Origin: Chiloscyllium plagiosum
Lineage: Eukaryota
DNA: 64,000 nt
NCBI RefSeq assembly: GCF_004010195.1
Contig: NC_057710.1
Coordinates: forward strand, 78,365,960-78,429,959
Reading direction: 5' to 3'
Shown here in pieces: positions 1-11,014 of this stretch; positions within the stretch are counted from its first letter, which is position 1, and the number at the start of each line of letters is the position of its first letter. Below the pieces are notes generated by a model that worked only from the letters and a program-made list of their open reading frames with translations, was not told where the DNA came from and ran no database searches. Position numbers and translations under genes: made by a program.

Positions 1-337
1 GTGAACCTTTTTCCGCGTATGGAGTCGGGTATTACAAGAGGGCATAGCTATAAATTAAGGTGGGGGGGGTAGATATAGGACTGAAGTTGGGGTAGGTTCT
101 TCACTCAGCGAGTCGTCAGTTCATGGAATGCCTTGCCAGTAGCAGTGGTGGACTCTCCCTCTTTATGGGCATTTAAGCGGGCATTGGATAGGTATATGGA
201 GGATAGTGGGTTAGTATAGGTTAGGTGGGCTTGGATCGGCGCAACATCGAGGGCCAAAGGGCCTGTACTGCGCTGTATTGTTCTATGTTCTATGTTCTAT
301 GTTCTATGTTCTATGTTCTATGTTCTATGTTCTATGT
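1..337 (+). mobile_element. CR1/HER1-type LINE 3' end with (GTTCTAT)n tail
   Basis: Encodes a CR1 ORF2 C-terminus (TRGHSYKL..RFFTQRVVSSWNALPVAVVDSPSLWAFKRALDRYM), then the 3'UTR motif GAGGGCCAAAGGGCCTGTACTG and a heptamer tail at ~280-337. Confidence 0.9.
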
Positions 338-641
338 ACATGCACTAGACCGGTGTGACCAGCTCCTTGTCATCGGCACCCACGTTTACTTCAATGATTT
401 GGGCTAGCTGCAGCAATTTGACTCTGGGTAAAGGTTAGTGCTCTGAATGGGGAAATATCCTGAATCCATCTATGTTCTATGTTCTATGTTCTATGTTCTA
501 TGTTCTATGTACATGCACTAGACCGGTGTGACCAGCTCCTTGTCATCGGCACCCACGTTTACTTCAATGATTTGGGCTAGCTGCAGCAATTTGACTCTGG
601 GTAAAGGTTAGTGCTCTGAATGGGGAAATATCCTGAATCCA
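296..641. repeat. 173-bp tandem duplication (296-468 / 469-641)
   Basis: (TCTATGT)n-ACATGCACTAGACC...GAAATATCCTGAATCCA occurs twice with period 173 and appears identical by eye. Confidence 0.9.
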
Positions 642-689
642 GCTGAGTGATCAGAAGCTCAGCAGTGTTATGTTATGTATTGGTTAGTA

Positions 690-782
690 TACATTTATGT
701 AGTTAGGCTACAGATCAACCATGATTTCATTAAATGGCAGAACAGGCTCGAAGGGCTGATGGTCTACTCCTGCTCCCATGGC
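690..782 (+). mobile_element. Old CR1-type LINE 3' UTR fragment
   Basis: GATCAACCATGAT..ATGGCAGAACAGGCTCGAAGGGCTGATGGTCTACTCCTGCTCC resembles the CR1 3' end seen at 18275-18340. Confidence 0.6.
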
Positions 783-2348
783 TGATGATATCATCACTGT
801 ATTATAACATGTGATCGGAAGGTAAAGAGATCTCTTACTCAATCTTCCTTCAGATCACTTGACATTCTACTGGATGTCTACTCCTTTATTGTCAACTAAT
901 GGCTTACTATTAGTCCAGACACTTATGTATCTAGGGAGTGTAATGTTTGTACAAAATAGTTAGCTTTAATAAATAAATAAAGGATTTTCTACTTCCACAT
1001 TATCCATGCTCAATTTCTTACAAAATGTCAGATAGCATTAGCATTGCCCGATCAGGTAAAATACACAGCTGACGGCACTGGTGGCTATCTGCAACTGACT
1101 CCAATGTCTTGGTGGCAGATATTTGGAACATGTATTGAAGTCCCATTGGACAACAGCTTCATACAACAGAGAGTTAATCAGTAACCATTTCTGAGTATAA
1201 AAACATTTATAGTTCTCGAAACAGAAATTATTTAATTTTAATAACAGTATAAGTTTTTCAAGATAAAGTAAATCTCTAAGATTGCTTAATTTAAAAAGGA
1301 AAAACTGTGGTGTGCCCTTTTGAGGTGCAACATAATACTAGTGCAGTACAATGCTGAAACCTTGCAGGAACTGGAAGAGGCAGCACAGACCACTTGCAAA
1401 CTGTCTAGCCAGCACACAAGACCCTCTGATGTCACAATTATATCCCACCAAGCATGTATCATTTTCTAAGCATCGCAGATAAACAATTAAGTGCAGAGCT
1501 ATACTGAGAAAGGAGAAGGGTATGACCAGTTAAACACCATCATACTGTATGGATGTGATGACTTGGGAGATTTGTGTTTCTCATCTCATGTTCAGACAGC
1601 CCATAGTTGCAAATGGGTTCCATTCTTAAGTCTGTTCACAAGTTGGAACATAATGCAGGACAATTTAAAATAACTATTTTGTAAGTACAGGAAAAGTTCG
1701 AAAGTCAGACCTTTAAAATTACACCCCTGTAAGGAATTGCATTCATATGTAGAAGTGTTTGTAAGTCAGACATTCATAAATCAAGGACCCCATCCCCTGT
1801 AGTACTGATATGGCTGGTGTTAAATGGGAGCTGTCTTTTTCTTAATTAACTACAAGCTAAAGGTCATAAGTTAATTGTATTCAAGACCAGGTAAGGTTTA
1901 TTAATTTGGAAATGAATCCAAGCATGGCAGCTTTGTTGCAAGTGCTAATTAAATTGTACACAGCCAAGGCATTAACAGATCCTTGGAAACCAGATAATGA
2001 ATGATCGATCACTGCTCATCACAGCTCTACCCAACAATTCACGCCATCACGGGTGATTAACTGCCCTGAGTTCTGTTTAAATGTTGAGACAGTCTCATGT
2101 GAAACTTTATATATAGGCAAGTGACTTATTGGTAAAAGCCTGCATTTTGGCTCTCGCTCTTTGGGACAGTACTCTGGGTTCTCCTTACTTTTGTCTTTGT
2201 GATCTTAGTGAATACTAGAACCTTGTCTTTAATCTAAAAGGCTGCATTTGAACCTGGTGTGCAAATGTGGTTTGTGGTGCCAATATGGGTTTAGTAAACT
2301 GTTTTTAATCTGCAGTGTGAAACCTGCAAAAATCCTTTGAAGTTCATA

Positions 2349-2675
2349 TTAGATTAGATTCCCTACAGTGTGGAGACAGGCCCTTTGGCCCGACAAGTCC
2401 ACACCAACTCTCCGAAGAGCAACCCATCCAGACCCATTCCCCTACCTTTACCCCTGACTAATGCATCTAACACTACAGGCAATTTAGCATGGCCAATTCA
2501 CCTGCCCTGTACATCTTTGGACTGTGGGAGGAATCCGGAGCACCTGGAGGAAACCCACGCAGACACGGGGAGAATGTGCAAACTCCACACAGACAGTTGC
2601 CCAAGGCGGGAATTGAACCCAGGTCCTTGGCGCTGTGAGGCAGCAGTGCTAACCACTGATGCACCATGCCATCCC
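2349..2675 (-). mobile_element. HE1-type tRNA-derived SINE
   Basis: Minus strand shows a tRNA-like head (TGGTGCATCAGTGGTTAGCACTGCTGCC..GGGTTCAATTCCC), a central V-type domain, a HER1-like tail and a (TCTAA)n end. Same family as 21393, 24817 and 37895. Confidence 0.92.
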
Positions 2676-3488
2676 TGATGACTCTTTCCTGAAGCTGGAA
2701 GGGATGATGCAGAGACTGATGGACAGATGTGGGAAATCACGCAGTTGTCAATTTCTACTGCATAACATAGTACCTGAAAAGGTTAACTGATATCATGACA
2801 TAATCCCCTCTATCAAGATATAAAAGACTGTTTTTTGAAATTTCTTTTTAAAATTTTTGTTCTAGAACTAGATCTAGAACAAGAATTCATTCTTACTCAA
2901 GTTGAGCCTGGTGTCTCCCAAGAGACTGTCACATAGCTTAGTTGTGTGGTACCTGTTATGTACTACATCATAAACTGACTGGTATCAAGATTGGGATTAA
3001 CTTTTCCTGAGGACTTTGTGTGGACATCCTTTCCCATTTGTTAGAATAATACCACAAACAAGGATTGGAGGCAGTGGATTTGGTTCCTCCTAAAGCATAT
3101 AGAGAAAGCTTATAAAATCTGAAAAGACATATGGACTTTATATTATTTAAGTCATTCTTGAAGCACTGCAGTCAGTGTAGTGAATGTGTTGCCATAGTGT
3201 TCTATAGAGAGTTCTCGGCTATTGACCCAGCAATTGCACCACCCCCCACCTTTTCCTCCGCTACATCGATGACTGTATCGGCGCTGCCTCGTGCTCCCAC
3301 GAGGAGGTTGAACAGTTCATCCACTTTACCAACACCTTCCACCCTGACCTCAAATTCACATGGACCGTCTCAGACTCCTCCCTCCCCTTCCTAGACCTTT
3401 CCATTTCTATCTCGGGTGACCAAATCGACACGGACATCTACTATAAACCGACTGACTCCCACAGCTACCTAGACTACACCTCCTCCCA

Positions 3489-4224
3489 NNNNNNNNNNNN
3501 NNNNNNNNNNNNNNNNNNNNNNNNNNNNNNNNNNNNNNNNNNNNNNNNNNNNNNNNNNNNNNNNNNNNNNNNNNNNNNNNNNNNNNNNNNNNNNNNNNNN
3601 NNNNNNNNNNNNNNNNNNNNNNNNNNNNNNNNNNNNNNNNNNNNNNNNNNNNNNNNNNNNNNNNNNNNNNNNNNNNNNNNNNNNNNNNNNNNNNNNNNNN
3701 NNNNNNNNNNNNNNNNNNNNNNNNNNNNNNNNNNNNNNNNNNNNNNNNNNNNNNNNNNNNNNNNNNNNNNNNNNNNNNNNNNNNNNNNNNNNNNNNNNNN
3801 NNNNNNNNNNNNNNNNNNNNNNNNNNNNNNNNNNNNNNNNNNNNNNNNNNNNNNNNNNNNNNNNNNNNNNNNNNNNNNNNNNNNNNNNNNNNNNNNNNNN
3901 NNNNNNNNNNNNNNNNNNNNNNNNNNNNNNNNNNNNNNNNNNNNNNNNNNNNNNNNNNNNNNNNNNNNNNNNNNNNNNNNNNNNNNNNNNNNNNNNNNNN
4001 NNNNNNNNNNNNNNNNNNNNNNNNNNNNNNNNNNNNNNNNNNNNNNNNNNNNNNNNNNNNNNNNNNNNNNNNNNNNNNNNNNNNNNNNNNNNNNNNNNNN
4101 NNNNNNNNNNNNNNNNNNNNNNNNNNNNNNNNNNNNNNNNNNNNNNNNNNNNNNNNNNNNNNNNNNNNNNNNNNNNNNNNNNNNNNNNNNNNNNNNNNNN
4201 NNNNNNNNNNNNNNNNNNNNNNNN
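3489..4224. other. Assembly gap (N run)
   Basis: Run of N. Confidence 1.
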
Positions 4225-4295
4225 CATTTCCAAAGCCCCTCCCCCAAGTCCCTCCTCCCTACCTTTTATCTTAGCCTGCTGGACACACTTTCCTC

Positions 4296-4331
4296 ATTCC
4301 TGAAGAAGGGCTTATGCCCGAAACGTCGATT
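4296..4331 (+). ncRNA. Minimal type I hammerhead ribozyme motif (PLE family A), core intact
   Basis: ATTC-CTGAAGA-A-GGGC TTAT GCCC-GAAAC-GTC-GATT. Catalytic core is conserved, stem II is GGGC/GCCC, stem III is the palindrome ACGT; predicted cut after 4327. Confidence 0.85.
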
Positions 4332-4544
4332 CTCCTGTTCCTTGGATGCTGCCTGACCTGCTGCGCTTTTCCAGCAACACATTTTCACCCAGCAATTGCA
4401 GGAGAATGGTAAAATAAGTCTTCATTAGATTGCATGTGATTTTGAGAGGAATTTGAAGATAATGCTGCTCCCAAGCAAACCTGCTCTCTTTCTTCTAGGT
4501 CGTAAAAGTCATGAATTTGGAAAGTACTAATAAAAGCCTGTCTC

Positions 4545-4695
4545 CACTCCTGCTGGTTGATAAATCAATTTCAAGTCATGACTTAAGTGGAAGATAATTT
4601 CTAATCAATCTGTTCAGTGATGCTATAAAACACCTCAGGAGCAGGTGGGTCAGACCTCCTGGCTCAGAGGGAGGGACACTACCACTGTGCCACAA
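4545..4695 (-). mobile_element. Degenerate tRNA-derived SINE 5' portion
   Basis: Minus strand begins TGTGGCACAGTGGTAGTGTCCCTCCCTCTGAGCCAGGAGG (A-box-like head). Confidence 0.5.
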
Positions 4696-5321
4696 AGGTC
4701 CTTACGATTTGTGTAATGGGAGTTAAGTTAATGTTAGAATCAGAGTTACATTGTCAGGTTCCTATATTTAAATATGGCTGATGTATCCATTAACCTGTTT
4801 TGGGTGACCTTGATGCTGTTGAAAACATCGGAGTCAAGGTGGTGAGAGCTGCTTTGGGGTGTGGGGATAGGTTGTGTTGGTGGGCAGGACGACCAGTATT
4901 GGTGGGAGCAGTAGAATTCTATGGAGCATCAATGAGCAGCACATGTCCCATCTTTTTAAACAAGTAACAATCTGTCCTGCTGTTCAAGTGGTGTTAAAAC
5001 ACATGCAAAACTTCCACATTTCCTGACATAGCATGATGGGATTATTACGTTTACTCACATTGGTTCACAACCAGGTTAAGGTATCAAAGATCAAATGAAG
5101 ATGTTGATTTCTGTATATTAAGAATAAAAAAAATTCTAACACCTCCCTCGCATGGTACAATCGATTAGTACAACCAGTCGCATAAGCAAAAGCAGCAGCT
5201 TTTAGCATGGTGCAATTTTGACACTTATCCTTAAACACAACACTACATAGACAGCCGCAAATTCACTCCAAACAGGACCAGTTATGGCTAATAGCAACCA
5301 ATATCACTGCCATCCTCAAAT

Positions 5322-5440
5322 GAACATAGAACATAGAACGTTACAGCACAGTACAGGCTCTTCTGCCCTCGATGTTGTGCCAACCTGTGAAAATAATCTG
5401 ATGCCCGTCTAACCTACACCATTTCAGTATTATCCATATG
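5322..5440 (-). mobile_element. CR1/HER1 3' end fragment
   Basis: (AGAACAT)n followed by TACAGCACAGTACAGGC..GCCCTCGATGTTG, the reverse complement of the 3' end at 225-337. Confidence 0.8.
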
Positions 5441-5544
5441 TAAATGTTACACCGCTAACTCTCTTCAGGTTGATGCAGCATTTATTTCGGATAATTTGCT
5501 GCCCACTGATATACCAACAGCAATTTGCCACTGTACAGAGCCAA

Positions 5545-5860
5545 GACAGTTGATTTAGATCAAAACTTATATTATAAAGTATTTGACACTGAGCCACATA
5601 AGTGGTTATTGGGACAAGTGACCCACTGTTTGATAGAAAAGGTCGACTTTAAAGAGGGTCCTAAAGAAGGAGCGATGATAGAGAGGCAATTAGGTCACGG
5701 GGGAAGAGCAGAACTGACTACCCAGGCAGCAGTTAAAGAGAAAGGTACCCATTGCAGAGTGAAATCACTCAAGGACACACAAAGATTAGAGTTGGAGGAA
5801 CATCGAGGTTTTGTCAGTTGGAAAATAGGGAAAAGCTATGGAGGGATTTGAAAATAAAAA
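5545..5860 (-). mobile_element. Degenerate L2-type LINE 3' fragment
   Basis: Similar by eye to the L2-type fragment at 10480-11010 (TATTTGACACTGAGCCACAT..., GGAGGGATTTGAAAATAA). Confidence 0.5.
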
Positions 5861-5874
5861 AAAATAAATTTAAT

Positions 5875-6005
5875 GAAAGCAAAATACTGCGGAAACTAGA
5901 AATCTGAAATAGAAACAGTAAATGTTTGAAAAATTCAACAGGCCTGGCAGCATCTTTGGAATGAAGTTCAGAGTTAATTCTTTGAGTTTGATATGGCTAT
6001 TAAAG
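5875..6005 (-). mobile_element. PLE terminal fragment (family B), degenerate HHR
   Basis: AAAGCAAAATACTGCGG..GAAATCTGAAA..CAGGCCTGGCAGCATCT..CAGAGTTAA matches the left arm at 42170-42310. Confidence 0.65.
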
Positions 6006-9000
6006 AGGGTAAATTTAAAATCAAGTATTTACTTGCCTGAGCAGGAGACAGTGTTGGGCTGTGTCTACTGTTATAACGTGAAGACAGGCAGCTGAATCAA
6101 ATCAGCCTTTCTAACTCTGTATTCATAACACTTTAAAAACAAAAACTTCAAAGATATTCAAAATTGTCCCCAGTGTTTCCTAACCAGACATTTTGAATAA
6201 CTAATCCCAAACTTTGCGAATAATCAATTCTTGACACCATTTTGTAGCTTTAACACAACAATCTATTAACTTAAGCAGAATGGTAGTCTGCTGAAAAAAA
6301 GAAGCTTCCCAATTCAATTTGCCTGTTTCTGGAAAAGAACTCATATTTGGATGCAGAGAGGGGCCTGGAGCTGTTGTCCAGCTGCTTTGACATGAGAAAC
6401 CCATGAGTTTGTCGATATCTCTTGAATGATTCCATTTGCAAAAGATCCCCAGCAGCTACCGCATGAGATCAGCGACATCCATCTTTGTGTGCCAGAATGT
6501 TAAACAACACCCATCCAAACATCACAAAACTCATGCTCCTACCTTCAAGAACTAAGAGGTTTTGGCCAAAAATGAATTCATGGTGGAATACATATCTTTC
6601 CTTTCACTAGTTACGTTTATCTGTATTTCAGGATACCGAGAGGGATAAACATATTTTCATGATACAAACAATACAATAAATGTTTTCATGTATTTTTACA
6701 GAAAAACTTATTTTTATAATAATTCAATAATTTTGCTATATTTTAAAAGCTTGATGGAACTTTATTTTAAATCTAATATGATAAAAGCATACAATCAGCC
6801 ATATGAAGAACATGGTGAAACAATTAAAATTATGTTGTGACCCATGGAATAGTGTGACTAGAGAAAGATGGTGCACTCCTTATATCTCATGTCCTAACAA
6901 TATACACAGAAAAGAAAGGAGTACTTTTTTTTTTACAGAGGTGGAAGGTAGGTGGTCATGCTGGTAGAGAATGTATATGGTTGCAGTTGTAGTTAAGAGT
7001 TGCAATGGATGATGGGTTTATGAAGCATCTGGATTACCCTCAGGCAGTATCTGCATAAACATAATCAGAAAACACCCGGTGGGAGGCAAACAAACACCTG
7101 TTGTAGCTTGAATGGGGTCGTTGTTGGTCATGGCAATGGATGGTGTACAATGAAGGACCTTATGGCTGCCTGTCGTCCCACATGCCTGTAGCTTCTTAAA
7201 GGTGTCTTTTGCTGCTTTCATTCTTCTCCAACCTCCATTCTTCCATTGCTGGCTGTCAAAAAGTTAACATCAAACTCTTTGCAAAACAAATGATCTATTG
7301 TGCTTACACACAAGAGCATTGAAATGGGTTTTGACCTTTTTCTTTGTATGAAATATTTGAAATATTTAAGTGGGAAGGTGAATTGTGACCAGTCTGAGCC
7401 TGGAATTTATGCAACCATTCTTCTCTATCAGTTGTGTAGAAAATGATAGCATTCTAGGCGTCAATGAAATTAAAAATCACATTAATGTATTAATTGGCTT
7501 ATAAAATATAAATGCATTATTCATTCAATATTACAATATTAACATTCAGTGTTGCATTGCATTAAATCTTACATTGAAAATACTTTTAAAATTCATTCTT
7601 AATATTTCATCCTCAGTAAGTATAATGTGATAGTAAACATTCTATTTTTCCAGAGCGCCCTCAGCAATAGATGGTGCCTTATATTTAATTAAACACTTTG
7701 GTTTGTATCCTTGGCATTTAGTGTCTTCAAGAACTACATATTATCTTAAATAATGATGACAAGTTGAAGTTAAGGTCAGAGTAGGAAGTTGTGTTAGATT
7801 GAACACAGTCATGCTTAGAATTTTAAATAGCCACCTAAAATTCAGAAATATATTCATAAATGTGAAATGCCACTGACAATTAGTGATTATTGGTTAATCG
7901 GGGTCAGACCCCAGATTGTGGTAATATCTACAGGCAAGTCTTAATGAATTTTTGAATTTATGGAATGAGTGCAATGTAGTCCTAATGGACCTTTTGCTGT
8001 AGTCATTGTCCATGATTAATTGGTTAAATCTCCAAAAGATTCCTCGTCCAGCACTGAGTTGTATATCACAGCTCCATATGGAATTATTAAAAAACTGTTC
8101 AACTTAATTTTATAGTCAGAGACCTTCATACATATGATATAGCCTAAACCATTGCCCTTTATATAACACCTCATGATTATCAGTGAGATGGAGAATTTGA
8201 TGCCAGTTTTGATTATAATTAAAAGGATAATGTTAGGTAAGTTTTGCGGAAAATGCAGAGTTAATTTTAGTTGTCATAAATCAAAGTTTGTATTTTTCAT
8301 CTTAATGTGTAAATAATCATGGTTAACCATGATAGAAACAGGAAGGAAGCAATCATAATTTAAATCTAATTATCTTTATTGATGATGCATGAATATTGAA
8401 TTAAAGGAAGTAATTTGAATATCTACAAAGGATATGTCTTTGAAGATTCAAATGTTGATACGTGATCCTTAATTCTAACTTCCATTGGTTAAACATATTA
8501 TTTGGTTTTTTTTCCCTCCTAATCCAAGCTGATTCATTTTGAATCTGGTCTTTTGGATAAGGAAAGGAAAATTGGTTGATTAGTAGACAGGCATAGGTGG
8601 ATTAAAACTGTTACTGTCAAGAGGTCATACAGTTCAGAGTTATGCAAGATAACACCAAATATTTGATTTGAACTGTTTGGCTTGATGTGGTCAACTAAGA
8701 GGCTATTTATGATCTCAAAATTATGAGCAGCTCAAAGAGCTGCCAAGTAACTTTTACAGTTGTAAACAGATTCACACAGGTTGTATTATTATTCTAATTA
8801 CAATACTGCGATGAATTAAAACCTCCTGGTCCATCTTTAAAATTATTGACAGTGAACCTATAACTGGAAGAAATCAGAATGCTTATTGGTTTTCCGAGTT
8901 GATTGTATAATTCAAAGTTACATCAGAATGAAGTTTAAGAAGAACATGCCACACACACACTGGAGGACTGCATTAATTTTGGAACATTAGATTTCTAGGT

Positions 9001-10479
9001 GTCCATTAAGTTTAAGGGTAATATTAACATTATAGTTCAATGATATTTCAAATGATGGGACAGAATATAACTCAATGTAAAATAAGATGAACTTTAAAAA
9101 AATGTGAAGTTATATTTCAGGATTTATTTTCAACAATTCTTGGAAGGGCCATCACTATCACGGTAATGATTCATGTTAAATTCCAGTTACGATTAAGAAA
9201 TACTCATGTACAAGCAACTACTCCCTCCTTGACATTTATTTTCAAAGACATTTAATCAGGTCTATGGTGTACCAGATGTAATTACAGTGTAATTTTTACA
9301 GAGCTGTTAGCATAAATCCTCATCAATACTTAATCTTTTGTTTGAAAATTGTACGCTTGTCATCAGCAATATTACCAAAGAATTACATAGTTTTCAAACT
9401 AATAGTAATATTTGATTTCAGTTTTCAATAAAACAATTGCATTTAGAATAATACAGACTATAGCCAGGGGAAACATACTTAAATTTACATAAGAAGATTA
9501 AACAGAATATTTCACCAACCTAGAACATTATTGTTTTCATGGAATATCCAGCAAACATAAAATGTATAAAATTACCTTTTCTGGAAAATTGTTACGAATT
9601 GGAGAAAAAGTAAATGCAAATAAAACAATAGGTTTGCATGATTTTGGTTTTTATAGATGTGACCTTTCAGTAGCTTTTAAAATGGTCTTGTTTTACATCT
9701 ATACATGACACACTTGTTTTGCATTTAAATAGTAAAGGCATGGTAAAATTAAGGAGAAAAGACTCCAATAAGATACAGAACAAACAGACTACAACTCAGT
9801 TCATAATAAAGGTCAGAATGTGTGTACAGTATTTGAGAATTTGATGAACTCGATCTGAGTATAATCCTCAACCTCCATATAATCCACGGACTTTCGTTCA
9901 AAATGCAGAGTGCTATAAACTTTTCATTTTCATTCATTAAAATAAAGAAGGGCAACACATTTCAACATATTATAATTATTTGAATGCTGGAATGTTCCTA
10001 ATTATGCTATTGTTTTATAACTTAGATTTATTTTAATGGTCATCTATAATTATGTTACAACAAATAATTTCTTGTTTCATTTGTATACTAAGCACAATTC
10101 AGCACCTGATGATTTTCAATAAACCAATTAACCACTTTTCTCATGTCTGGTGAAATTTAGAATTCTGAAGTGTATATTATCAAATCATTTTCATACCCTA
10201 TCTTCAATATTTATAGCATAATTAGGCCATAAATTGAATGTTACAAAGTTACAAAAGGTAGTTGTGAATGAGAATGTGAAGGTAAAATCTATTCTGTTAA
10301 AATTGTGACTTGCAATATGTCTGCCTTGACTTGCAAACAATCAACATTATTTTATAATGACCCAAAAATAAGGCAAGAACAAAATTTTGTATAATGTTAA
10401 ACTGAATAACTTGTATTCAAAGCAACTGATATTGGAAATGTTTCAAAAGACTCCACAACAGAATGATTGACAATATTTG

Positions 10480-11010
10480 ATATAGAGCAATGAAAATATG
10501 GAGCAATGGGATAATTGGGTTAATAAACAATGGTTTGGTCAAATGGATAAGTTTGCAGTAACATTATAATGGAGGGTGGTGATGAAATTACAGACAGAAG
10601 TTTAGGAAAGGATCTTCAGAGTTGAGAACTTTGGCATCAGAAAAATTGTTTCTGAGTGTTGGGGAGATGCAGGAGGCGATGTGGTAGTGGAGAGTTGGGG
10701 ATGTGTAATTCAATCCTGAGTGCTTAGGAGGTCAGATTTGGAATCATGCAGATGTCTTGGTGTGTTGCAGGTCTGGAAAATATTACAGAGATAATGAGAG
10801 ATGAGGCCATGGAAGGGTTTGTAAACAAGGATGAGAGATTTAAAGTTGAAATTTAAAGAACTGTAAAGCTGTTCAGTCAGGAGCCAGTGCAGGCAAGTGA
10901 GCAAAGGAGTGTTTACCAATAGGATTTGGTGTGGTTCAGGACATAGGCTGATGAGGTTTGGATGATCTTCACTTTACAGAAGATAGTCAGACTTGCTGCA
11001 CTGAGTGCAT
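10480..11010 (-). mobile_element. L2-type LINE ORF2 C-terminus / 3' end
   Basis: ORF 10710-10919 (TPLLTCLHWLL..FKSLILVYKPFHGLISHYL..TPRHLHDSKSDLL) fits the L2 motif TP.L..LHWLP..RI.FK.L.L.YK..HGLAP.YL. Confidence 0.8.
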
Positions 11011-11014
11011 AGAA

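Larger units (their letters stand above)
3239..4386 (+). mobile_element. Penelope-like element (5'-truncated, RT core to terminal repeat; spans an N gap)
   Basis: Translates as LFLRYIDDCIGAASCSHEEVEQFIHFTNTFHPDLKFTWTVSDSSLPFLDLSISISGDQIDTDIYYKPTDSHSYLDYTSSH (PLE RT). Terminal repeat carries an HHR. 14-bp TSD ACCCAGCAATTGCA at 3225-3238 and 4387-4400. Confidence 0.93.

Noticed and set aside
280-510. CRISPR-like repeat/spacer appearance
   Set aside because: It is a heptamer LINE tail plus a tandem duplication; there are no unique spacers or cas genes and the context is eukaryotic.
2370-2740. Recurring 'METGP..WPIHLTCTSLDCGRKPEHPEETHADTGRMCKLHT' ORFs (also at 21385, 24843 and 37918) as a protein family
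   Set aside because: They are antisense translations of the HE1 SINE, not genes.
1728-2767. Solo LTR (TGTAAGG...GCATAACA) interrupted by HE1
   Set aside because: Termini are suggestive, but I found no matching TSD and no second copy in the window.
3469-4247. Longest ORFs in the track (254 and 257 aa)
   Set aside because: Made almost entirely of N-gap codons.
7018-7252. Minus-strand open segment with an acceptor-like site (QQWKNGGWRRMKAAKDTFKKLQAC...)
   Set aside because: No recognisable homology and weak donor sites; cannot be distinguished from chance.
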